Assembly: GCA_964035545.1 (NCBI GenBank) | Contig: OZ037767.1 | Location: forward strand, 16,424,581-16,488,580 | DNA: 64,000 nt | Reading direction: 5' to 3' | From: Bugula neritina | Taxonomy: Eukaryota > Animalia > Bryozoa | Part shown: positions 1 to 12,300 of the stretch, one piece after another | Numbering within the stretch: the first letter of the stretch is position 1 | Layout of the letters: each line of letters begins with the position of its first letter | The notes under the pieces: model-generated | What the model saw: the letters and a program-made list of their open reading frames with translations, nothing else | Databases searched by the model: none | Told to the model about the DNA's origin: nothing | Program-made: the position numbers and the translations under genes

Positions 1-299
1 GTGTTCATGATGCTCCTAAAAAGAGAGAAATACAGCTCGTTGTTTCAGGGCAGTGTATTTGACCAATAAGAATCGGCCAGATTATTTATATGAATTGGAC
101 ATTGATGTGTGAGCTGTTAGACTGTTATAAAAAGCTTTCCAATCAAAAAGGAGAAAACACAATAGGCTAAAGTCTTGTTGAACATGACCGAGTAACCAGT
201 AGACCAAGGTCAAGGTCGACTATGAGTGACACCTACCCATTTGGCAGTGAAGCTGAGTTTGCACAGATGGCATTGTGGAGAGTTTGAGCTTGCAGGCAT
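1..299 (-). CDS. C2H2 zinc-finger protein, 5' part (exons 299-237 and 15-<1; runs off the left edge)
   Basis: Acceptor tttag lies 7 nt before the ATG. The 63-nt exon MPASSNSPQCHLCKLSFTAKW ends at donor gtaggt, and the next exon after ctttttag reads EHHEH in frame, giving C-x2-C-x3-F-x8-H. Confidence 0.6.
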
Positions 300-919
300 C
301 TCACCACTAAAAGAAAAATACTCGTTCGACAAATTATGAAAGAATTATAATAACCAAGTGTAAGAGCAAACGAGCAACCCAGTAGACATAATCATAATGC
401 TAGTACCAAACAGTGAATGTCACTGTGAACAAGTATAACTCATCAACTGTTTAAGTACTGTAAGCAAGTGTAATACACAGTCAAACTGACACTAATTCTA
501 AACCTCAGTAATAGCGATAGTATAAGTACGACTATGAGAGTCCGTAAGCGTGACACTACCAGTGGCAGTACCACTACCAGAATTATTCAGTTGAAGCAAC
601 AGTAAGTGTAACACTAACTGTCACTGTAAGTGTAGCACTAACAACTAACTTGTAAGTTGCAAGCTAAAGTTGGAAGTGCAAGACTTAAACATAGAATAAG
701 TATAACCATAAGTATAACAGTAATGAGTTAACACCAACAGTAAAACTAACACCAACAGTAACTGTAAGAAACTAAATTTAAGTTAGCAGTTACTAATTAC
801 TACTAGTGCTAGTGTTACACCAAGTCCAACAGTAACACTAACGGTATAACTATATTTAAGTTTCGTCATTACTATTACTATTTGTTTTAGTATTACTAAA
901 GAAGATACACTAAAAATGA

Positions 920-1350
920 AGTGAGCAAAATGAAGAGATTTTCTCGTAAACCGGATCTGTGGGCCTCTTGCTAATTTTAAACCCTTTTTCAAGCATCTGA
1001 AAAAATCAATAACCAAAATTCCCCTCTCATTAGTCTTACAAACAACCAAAACAAACGTACTGAGGACCGCAAAGAATGCGCTGAGCTTCTTAACAACTTC
1101 TTCCAAGAACAATATTACAAGGGCCATCGTCGAACGGATCACCGAGTGGGACTGCTTGCCAGAATCCTTGGGGATGAGGAACACCACAGCGCACTCTCGA
1201 TCAGTTACGATGAAATTATGTAAAGCAGATCAAAAACCACCATGTACACTTGTGCTGCCAGCCGTGAACAACTGAATTCAATACATGCCTTATCAAGCGT
1301 TTTCAGAGACAGTTTCCTTCTCAGGACAATATGAATATGTGATATGCGTC
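920..1350 (+). mobile_element. Degenerate, internally deleted LINE (CR1/L2-group-like) ORF2 relic
   Basis: Frameshifted peptides KPFFKHLKK..SPLISL..EDRKECAELLNNFFQEQY (APE-RT linker type) are followed by FRDSFLLRTI*ICD, resembling the ORF2 C-terminal FxxSFFPRTIRxWN motif. Confidence 0.55.
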
Positions 1351-3313
1351 TAATACAAAATGAAACTGATGACTAATGTCAAACAGCGTTACGCTGCAAC
1401 CCCAGACCATAGTTTCTGCAAAACCGTTTTTACTTAGCACACCTGAGGCGCTTCGCCTGTGCTTCTAGCAATCTCGAGCGTGCAAAGGATACAGAGGTAA
1501 TATTACTATTACTATTAGTATTAGCATTAGACTTAGTAAAAGTTAAAGTATATAACTTAATCGTTAATTATTAATAACATAAGTATTACCACTAGTACTT
1601 ACTAGTACTACTATTACTATCAGTATTACTATTACCATTACAAATACATTAGACTTAGTATTAGTATAAGTAAAATACATTAACTAGTCTAAGTCTAGCA
1701 GTAGTAGTAGTATTACTATTAGAATTACTATTACTATTAGTATTAGACTTACTAGTACTACTATTAGTTATTACATTTTGATTTACTATAAGTATAACTG
1801 TTAGTATTAGTATTACTTTAGTATTAGTATTACTATTACTATTAGTATTTAGTATTACTATCGTATTAGTATTAGTATTAATATTATTATTTATTATTAC
1901 TAATACTACCCAAGAGTGAGTAGTCTACGGAGTACCTCTAAAAAGAGAGAGCCTGATTATTTATTAATTAGATAATTTAATTACCGACAATTATTCAACT
2001 TAGCTTGAGCAATTGTCAACTGCAAAAATAGAAAATTTAGGAAAATTTAAAGCTGGACCCGCGTGCTTCGTAGTGTGTTTAGTATGCATGTTTATATTAC
2101 ACAACGTGCACGACGAAGACATCTGAAATATTTGCCATCACAGCGAGCCAAGTTGTATTCGATAAATTCTCAAAGAGCCTTAGATTATCAGAAAATCAAT
2201 TACTAAAAGCTTATCCGCAGTTCTATGCTGCAGTTTCTATTGGCAGACTACTCCATCTACTTGATTTTATTGGCTCGAACGAAAGTATTATAAAACATAA
2301 AGCATAATGTTACAAACGCACGGGCTAGCAAACAAAAACTTGTCAACGTATGGGTGCAAAATCAAATAGCTGTAAAACTAGTTAATGTAAGAACGAAGAA
2401 TTTAATTATTGGAATGAAAGAATTAGAGTATAAGTAATAATCAAATTTATGTCAATGTATTTGCACCTTATATGTACAAGGAAAAACTTAGGTCTCATGT
2501 TATAGGTTGCATTTTAGAGCTGGTGTTTTTTATATATATATTCATATTGATAATTGATTTATTACTAATTTAAATTAGTAAATGTAATCTACTAATAAAA
2601 TTAGCTTTTACTTTTAGTTTTAGCGCCTTAAGCTTGTGTAACACTAAAAGTCACAGTAACTCTAACTGTATGGTTATCAGTACCATTATGACCACGAGTA
2701 TCAGTATGAGTGTATCAGTATGAGTATGAGTATCACATTCAGTTTCACTATGAGTATGAGTATGACTATGAGTATGGTTTACAAATATCACGATGACTTA
2801 GTCTAAATCGTATGACTTATGAGTAAGACTAAGTATATTTGTCAGTATGAACTTGAAGTGAATATGAGACTAAGTATCAGAATCACTATTATCATTATGA
2901 CTATCACTATGACTCTCATTATCACTATGGGTATGAGTATTTGTCATAATTGAATTAGTTAATCTTTCTAATAGTTAAAATGCTACTACTGCTACTTATT
3001 GTGTTTATGTTTTTTATATTTTTTAAATTGAAAATTATGTTGAATGTTTTTATTTTATCTCGTCTCTACTGCGACTATATATTTATTTTATACATAATAC
3101 AAAATCGAAAATTACTGCCGTGATTCATTACTTTTCAAGAAAATTTAACGGAAATTGAAGAAAAATTAATTTAACTTTCTCATTGTTGTAAATATTTGTT
3201 TGTGTACCATTATTACTATAATATTGTGGTGCCACCGACCTTATAGTTTTTCACTATAACTCTGATTCTTGTATATGTTTTCATTGCAGGCTTTCAGTCA
3301 GATTTTCACAGAC

Positions 3314-6300
3314 ATGTTGAGGAAAAGGCGAAACACGATTATATTCCTAATCGGTCTGATAGTTCTTGTGTATTTTCTGTTCCTCAAGATGACTGACTCC
3401 CACAACCAGTCTGACTTAAGTGTATGTATTTTCTGTTATACTAGTATTTTGTTGTTAAAAATCCCGTAGTCCCTGTGGTGTAATGGTTAGCGCTCCTGCT
3501 TGCAATCCAGAGGTCTCAGGTTCGAATCCCAGTGGGGGCAAAAGTTTTACAACATTTAGTAGTGTATTTAGTAGTATTTAGTAGTATATTATGTGATAGT
3601 GTATTGTTTACTACTTCATACTATATTATAGTGTTTTGTTTACTCCTTCATATTATATCATAGTATATTGTTTACTACTTTATACTATATCATAGTGTAT
3701 TGTTTACTACTTCATATTAAATTGTAGTGTATTGTTTACTACTTCATATTATTTTATAGTGTATTGTTTACTACTTCATACTATATTATAGTGTATTGTT
3801 TACTACTTTATATTATATTATAGTGTATTGTTTACTACTTCATATTATGTCATAGTATATTGTTTACTTCTTCATATTATATCATAGTATATTGTTTACT
3901 TCTTCATATTATATCATAGTATATTGTTTACTACTTCATATTATTTCAACTCAAACAGGTTGAATTGGAAAAACGTCTCTCGGAGCTGAAAGTCGAAGTT
4001 GTCGCCAGCGATGAAGCTCTTGCCAAACTGGAAGCGCAAGTTGTAAGCTTAGAAAAGGGAGAACAATTACCAGGTAAATTGGTGTATATTTCTGCTGAGT
4101 AAAAGAGAAGACAACTTTTAATTAAATTGGTCTATGTATAGATTAAACTCATACAAACCGATTTTGTGCATTAGTAATGCACTCGACTGATATAGCTGAA
4201 GTATTTAAATCTGTTTAGAAGTAGTGGCTGATAATAAGCCTATCATAATCTCGGGAAATAGAGTCAGTAAAGAACAGAAAGTGTATGACTTGGCAACTTT
4301 CTCATCGTCTGGCCAAGTTTGCAGCCTATCAGAGGCACCACAACCCACAACTGATGTGCAGGTAAGAGCACAGTCTATGTTGGGTTAGTGATTCCACCAA
4401 ATAAAGTATTAGCACCTGTATTAAGTGCATCAACATTGAATGCCTAGTTCTCCCGTTACTTCTACATCTACTCATCTTGTTTATAAGATGTGTGGTTAGA
4501 AAAGAGTTGAAGAGGTTGAGAAGTGCAATATTTTTTTCGAAAGACACTGTTTAGGTGTTTCCTGTACAAATTGTAGTTTATAATATCGGCTCAGCTCTAT
4601 GATTTACTATCACTACTATGATAGACAATTTCATAGGATGTAAAGTGATATGTGTTTGTATCGATGACGCTATTATATTCTAACACATCCCGGCCTTCAT
4701 ATTTGATGTTAGACGTCTGCTAGTCTGGTAGTCAGCCGACGTCTCATAGTTAGTGCTGACTCAGGTACTCTTTGTCCGGCACACCAAAACTTACTCTGAA
4801 ATCTTTCACTCTTGTAGATGTACAACGTGATAGATAGCATTAGTTTTGAGGATGTGGACGGGGGCGTGTGGAAGCAAGGCTATCCTATAAAAGTTGAGGA
4901 CTCCCAGTGGACGCCCGAGAAACCTTTGAAAGTGTTTTTAATACCTCACTCACACGACGATCCAGGTAGTTATATTAGAATATATTACGTCATAAATTTT
5001 ATAGTGCATTATGTGATAATAAATATATTGTATATTATATAATAAACTTACGCAAGTTTATAGTCACTTACCCTGTGAGAAACCCCTGATGGAAAGGGTT
5101 TTTGTTAAATAGGGCTAAGGACTTGTTCAAATGAGGCACAGGAGCAATTATGATTGGATGCTCTTCCTAACATCACCAATGGCGTTTGTCAGGTTCGAAC
5201 CCATGACTTCGTGTTTACTAGGCAAACGCTTCAACAGTCTAACCCCTAGACCACGGCTGCTCCCTATTGTATATTATATAATAATTTATAATATTATATA
5301 ATATATATCACATATTATAATATATCATCTAACATATACTTTAAATTATAATATGTTATAAAACCATATTCGATAATGTATTGTATTCTAGTATGAATAT
5401 AACACTTTATTCAAATAACTACCTTTACAAATTAAGCTGTAAATATGAGTCTTGTAAACAAGTGGTGGATACATTTTCGGTGGAAAAATCATCAGGGGGA
5501 GAGAAATTAAAAGTTATAAGTTAATGAAGCCTCCTTAGCATCAGCTCTGTTCTCTCTACTTCACACCCACAGTTATGGCAAAACTCTGAAACTTGCTATG
5601 ATAATCTTTTGTTTAGAGCTACATGATGTTTGTATTTCGTATAGACTACAGACTGTAAGTTGTAATTAAAGTTAGTGTCCTGGTTGGGAGGGTTGCTATA
5701 CCCCCCTCCTTCTAATATGTACTGTCTACTGTACACACAGGCTGGCTGAAGACATTTGACGGGTACTACTCAACCCAGGTGAAGAACATTCTGGACAACA
5801 TGGTGTTGAAGCTGCGGCAGCACGAGAGGATGAAGTTCATCTACGCCGAGATCTCTTTCTTCTCTACGTGGTGGAAGTCAGCGACTGATGAACAGAAGGA
5901 GTCCGTGAAAAGGTAGCCTTGTTTATTCTGTAGGTCAAACACGGGTCATTTTGCTTAATTTAGTAAATTGAGGTGTGCGAACTGTGATGGTTTTTTCATC
6001 ACGGTCCGCACACCTAACTTTACTAAAATATTAGGAAATCCAGCAGAGTTAGACAAAGCCTTTGTTACTCAGCAGTTTTTTAATAATTTTAATACAGTTT
6101 AATGCAAGAAACTACATACATTAGCTTATAAACTGTGGAAAATTACTAAAAACTAAAGATATATAGTGTGTAATAAATTAAGTAAAATGACTGGTCTCTG
6201 TCGCACAAGCTGTCACTGTTCTGCATTCAACCAGGTAGCATGGAGTTGAGTATATGTATTCCGTGCTACAGGTATATCAGTGAAGGTCGGTTTGAGTTGG

Positions 6301-9300
6301 TGACGGGAGGATGGGTGATGCCGGATGAAGCAGCCGCCCACTACTGGGCCATGCTTGACCAGCTCATCGAAGGGCATTCATGGATCAGAGAGAACCTGGG
6401 TCAGAGTTCATTATGTAATAATATCATAATATAATACAGAGTAATACAATAATACAATGAAGTGTAATATAATAATACTATATGCTTTAATATGGTAGTG
6501 GAATACGCTGTAATGTAACAATACACAGTACTAATATAATACACTGTTATGTTGTAATACAAGATACGATACACGTTACAGTGTAACGTTATAGTATGAC
6601 ATATAGTTTGTAATACAATATGCTGTAATACAATCATACACAGTAATATAATACAATAAGATGATATATGGTATGTAATACAGTGTAAAGTATTGATATT
6701 TGCAGGTGCTTTAACCTATTCTGTGTACACTACAGTTATACTCTAAACTACAATGCAATGGTATAACATATAGACAGTTTTGCTGTATATTCGTAGTTCC
6801 ACAGTCCAGTCTTTTGGTTAGATATACTGTAAGATCTCTTCCAGTAATGTAACTCATAGTAATATTTACTGCAGGACCGAATGCCGTACCTCGCAGTGGC
6901 TGGTCTATAGATCCGTTTGGCCACTCGTCCACCATGCCATACATCCTGCGTCAGAGTGGGCTGAGAAACATGCTAGTCCAACGAATTCATTATTCAGTCA
7001 AGAAGTATTTCTCCATTAATAAGTTTCTCGAGTTTAACTGGAGACAGACTTGGGGCAAGTCACTTATCTATTCTGTTAGCTCTCCACTCTGTCTGTTAGT
7101 TTGCAAGTTGACATATTGTGTTGTGTGAAAAGTTTAGAGTAATGAAAGATATTTTATGTTTTACTTTGTGATATTTATGTGTTGTCATGGCAACTTTGAC
7201 AATGCTTTCTCAATGTTTGGTGATTAGTTTCTATAACACAAGTTTTTATATTATATCAAATTATATTATTTTATATATCTATAATATATTATGTGTATAA
7301 TATGTATATAATATATTAAACAAAATAAACACATTGCTACGATTCTGTACACTACTGTTGTTATAGTTACCTGTTTTTGTTTACGTGTTGCTATGACTAC
7401 AGACTCTGTTGGCTCTACTGATATCTTGTGTCACATGATGCCTTTCTACTCTTACGATGTCCCTCACACCTGTGGACCCGACCCTAAGATATGCTGCCAG
7501 TTTGACTTTCAGAGACTTCCCGGCAGCAGACTCAACTGTCCCTGGAAGAAAGCTCCGCAGCCAATCACCGATGCTAACGTTCACGAACGGTAAACACTGC
7601 CTACTGTCTTCTTTCCGTCTAATATGCGAGAGACGTTTTATTTTCTTACATGTTCATTTATACCAACAAATGCAATGCCCAGTTTCTTCTTTCTTTATAA
7701 TAAAATGTTAGTTTATAAATAGAAGTCTAACTAAGAATAAGCCAATGTCGAGTGATTATACTTTTCTAGAGCTGCGACCCTGCTAGACCAGTACAGGAAG
7801 AAGTCGTCCCTCTACAAGAGTAACGTAGTCTTGATACCACTGGGAGACGACTTTCGATACGATACTCCAGGCGAGTGGGACAAACAGTACACCAACTACG
7901 ATAAACTCTTTACATATATGAACGGGAAACCTGAGTGGAATGTCAAGGTCAGTTGTACACACAGGTCAAGGTCAGTTGTACACACAGGTCAAGGTCAATT
8001 GTATGCAGCCGAAGGTCATCAGTATACAGGTGAAGATGCAACATTATAGTTTTGCGGCTTCAATCAGATACTATATTCAAAGGGTAACGTTGTTGCCATA
8101 GTAACAGTTGAAATATTATTAAATCAGTAAAATAATGTCAGTTGACGGTCAGTAGTGTTAGTAGATCATGCAGTGAAAATTATGTAGTCTGAGTAACTTT
8201 ACTTCGGACATCAACGCTAAGGCTATAGTTGCTAGTTTAATTTCAGATTTTATATTATTTTTATGTTACAGATTGGCAAGCTGTAGTAAAAGTATAAGCA
8301 TAAAATTTTTATTATAATAAATTAAAAGGAGTGTAGTTGATCTAACTGCTGGGGGATGTGAAGGGGTTGTCATGTAACTCCCTTATTCCTTTCACACAGG
8401 CTCAGTTTGCGACACTCTCAGACTATTTCAATGAACTGAGGAAAGAATCTGGTGACACGGAGCTTAGTGGAGCGTCTCTGGCCGGCTTCCCCACTCTGTC
8501 AGGTGAACTATTGTGAACTAAGGCTATGGGCTCAGTCGTTTGAAAAATCTAGTTGTTTTCATGAATTGGTCGACTTTTACACTTTGTTTCATGACTTTAA
8601 TTGCACTGTGGCTTGCAAGGGAGCAGCTGTGGTCTAGGGGTTAGAGCGTTTGGCCTAGTAAGCACAAAGTCATGGGTTCGAACCCCAGTAAAGGCTATTG
8701 GTGATGTTAGGAAGAGCGTCCAGTCCTAATTGTCCTGTGCCTCATCTAAATAAGTCCTTAGCCCGATTTAACAAAAGACCCATCAGTGGTGTTTACTGTC
8801 TAACAGGGATAGTGACTATTAACTTGTGTGAGTCTTTGTAAGAAAGTTGAAAGTCAGGCTGGGAAAACTAGTTTCAGTTGTATTGTAGTTGTCTACACTA
8901 TGCTAACTCAACTTGATGCTGTTTTGTAGGTGACTTCTTCACGTATGCCGATAGAGCTGATCATTACTGGAGCGGCTATTTCACCTCCCGACCTTTCTAC
9001 AAGCACTGGGACCGCCACTTGGAGTCCACGCTAAGATCTTCTGAGATCATATTCAGTTTGGCTCAAGCGAAGGCTCACCACAATCACATTTCTACCTTTC
9101 AGTCTAAAGAGTTGTATGAGAAGCTTGCATACGCGCGTCGCTCTCTTGGCTTGTTTCAGCACCACGATGGAATCACTGGGACAGCTAAGACGTTCGTAGT
9201 GGCTGACTATAGTGAGAGGTAAGCTATGACTCGTGATAGAAAATGCTAGAATAATATTGTTTAGTGTGGTTAAAAATTGTGATGTAATATTAGAATGAGA

Positions 9301-12300
9301 CTCTCTTGTCAAAATTGCTTTTGGCCAACTTTCAACTATGCAAACTCTTTGGAAGTATAATAGACTTTTTCTATCTATTAGTGTCAACTAAGTCTTCACT
9401 TTTTGTATGCCGCAGCTTCTAACATATAATGAGTTGTTTAGCTTCACATTACAATTTCTAAGTGTTGATTGAAAATTTGAGTTACATGAACTCTTATGTT
9501 TTGAAATGTATGCAAGGTGACTCATACTGATATGCTGATACATACTAACATGCTGACTCATACTAACATGCTGACTCATACTGACATGTTGACTCATACT
9601 GACATGTTGACTTATACTGACATGTTGACTTATACTGGCATGTTGACACATACTAATACATACTGATATGTTGATACATACTAACATGCTGACTCATACT
9701 GGCATGTTGACACATACTGATATGTTGACTCATACTGACACATACTGATATGTTGACTCATGCTGACACATACTGACACATACTGATACATGCTGACTAT
9801 AAATTGCTGGTTGACTCACTTAGAATGTTGCGAGGCTGGAAGTCAGCACACGAGGTGATCAAAGAGTCAGCTCAGCTCCTGCTGTCTGACTCGTCAGCCG
9901 TGCAACAGGAAGTGTTTGATGTTGATTGGCTGAAGGATGTAGAAGACGTGTTGGAGACTCGCAGACTCATCAGCTTGTCTCCCGGGCAGAGGTTAGTGTG
10001 GCTAGTTTAGACCTTTACCATATGACTTAGTTCAGTTCTATTGAATAAATGGCTAAGCCCGTGTTCTATACTTCAGGAAAGAGCTGGTCATCTACAACTC
10101 CTCCCCTCACCAGAGACAGGAAGTGGTGAGAGTCTGGGTCTCTCGGGTGCCGATATCCGTGTACGACGTTACGCTGCAGGCGGTGGAGTGCCAAGTCTCT
10201 CCTTACTTTGAGGCAGAGACTGTCGTATCTAACAACAAGTTCAAGGTCTGTCAGTCGCACTGTCAGTGGCACTGTGAGTCAGTCGTGTGTGTGGAGCATG
10301 TAGGTGTGTGTTTGAGTCAGTCAGTCTGAAGGAGGCTGTCAAAGTAGCCAAGTTCAATGTATGTCATATTTTAGTTCATTTAGAAGCTGTCTTAGTTCTC
10401 TGGCTTGAGTTTTATAGTTGGTTGCATTTAATGTATAGGCTTTTAGTTGGTCTACTTCTTGTATTAAGTGTTAAGCTTACTCATTTTGAGTTGCTGAAAA
10501 TTGAACCCTTCAACCTAATAACTCGTTAAACGTGGCTAACTTGGCCAATATTAGTATGTGCAAATTTTTTAAAGCACTCCACTATTATAATAATAATTTG
10601 ACTTTCATATTTTCTTATGCCAATAATATTGATAGTTATATAAACAATATATATGAAGACAACTTTTCTATGCTCCCACCTTGTCTCAATGAGTCTGATA
10701 GACAATTACTGCTTGTAATACTAGTCCTATGTCTTTCAGTTGAGTTTCCTAGCTAAAGTTCCTGCTCTGGGTATGGTAACATACTCACTGGAGGCCTCAG
10801 AAACCAACCCGTGTACTATTGCTACTGTCACGTACTATAACCATAGAGATAGTGTGGCCGAAGAGTAAGTCCTGGAATGAATAGTTCTATTGCTCATAAT
10901 ATATCTACCAACTTTTATTTCACTTAGTTTGTCATATTGCAACTAAATTTTCTAGTTTTCCCCAGTTAACTAGGAGTTGTGCTTCTTTTCCGAAACTTAA
11001 TATATTGTAGTTTTAAATGAGAGAAGCTAATCTCTGTCTGAATCTGAATTAAAGACTGTGTAACTGATAATCAACTATAAACTTCTTAATTGATTGGCAT
11101 TCTGCCAAGTTAAATTAACCGATCGAAGTGACTAACAGATTGTACCAGTGTTAGCTGGAGTTACCTACAATGTTCGCTGGAATTATTGTAGTGGAGTGTT
11201 CAACCCCACACTGGACACAGGAGACAAGCTGACTATACACAATGATCAGCTTGAAGTGGAGTTATCCACCTCTTCTGGGATGTTACTTGTGAGTTACTTG
11301 TATATAATATACTATTATGTGTGTCTGTATATGTGTATATACTAGTATGTGTGTCTGTATGTATATACAGATATAAATCACGTGTTATTCTTAATGTTAC
11401 AGTCCATGACTGACAGGAAGTCTAATGAACAACATCCTCTAGAGATGAGTTTTATAAAATACAAATCATCAAAAGCGAGAGATCATGCCGGCGGTGCCTA
11501 TCTGTTTATTCCCACTGGAAGCTCACAGGTGTGTACGCTGCTCAGCGCTGCTGCTAATGCTGACTTATGAAAGCTTTCTTGGTTTTCTCTCTCTCTTTAT
11601 TAGAGGAAGTTGTCTGCCTATCTTTAGTAGACTGTTGATCCTCGTGTCAACTTTAGTGCTAGTCATTTCTGTAATTGGGAACATTATTTCATCTGGGAAC
11701 ATATCCGTTGTCAGGATGTGCTGCACCAGTTATTGCTGAGTTGAGAGGGAATATTGCTCATCAATAGATTTCAGTGACTGAGGAATATAGTAAGAGTTAC
11801 CAGCTCATCTCTGGTCTGTCTATTATTTTTGCAGTCAGTTCTCCAGAGTCGCCCTCTCATGAGAATTATAAAGGGGAATCTGTTCCATGAAGTGCACACT
11901 ATGACCTCTCTAGTCGAACACACTGTTAGACTAGTCAACACTCCAGGTGAGAGCTCATTGTCTACTCTGTAACAGTATAACTGTGTTACTTTGCAGCGAT
12001 AACTCTATCAGCATAAACGTCTGTGTTACACTTCAGTGTCAGTGCTATCAGTATACCTGTGTTACTCTGCAGTGTCAATGCTATCAGTATACATGTGTTG
12101 CTCTACAGTGAAAACTCTATTAGTATAAACATCTGCGTTACTCTGCAGTGATAACTCTATCAATACACCTGTTTGTGTTACTCTGCAGTGTCAATGCTAT
12201 ATAATGTACACACTGTCATACACAGGTCCCGAAAGTCTTGGACTGGAGGTAGTAAACATAGACACCATCACGTCTCTGGACGACACGGACTTCGGTATGC

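Noticed and set aside
783-1187. 134-aa minus-strand ORF
   Set aside because: It is the antisense of the LINE relic plus a low-complexity tract.
3233-3265. caccgaccttatagt..actataactctg as another P footprint
   Set aside because: There is a short inverted repeat, but no 8-bp TSD in any register tried.
3467-3540. Functional tRNA-Cys (GCA in the anticodon position)
   Set aside because: The anticodon and T stems do not pair, and the similarity to 40464-40545 extends past the tRNA 3' end, which fits a SINE or pseudogene.
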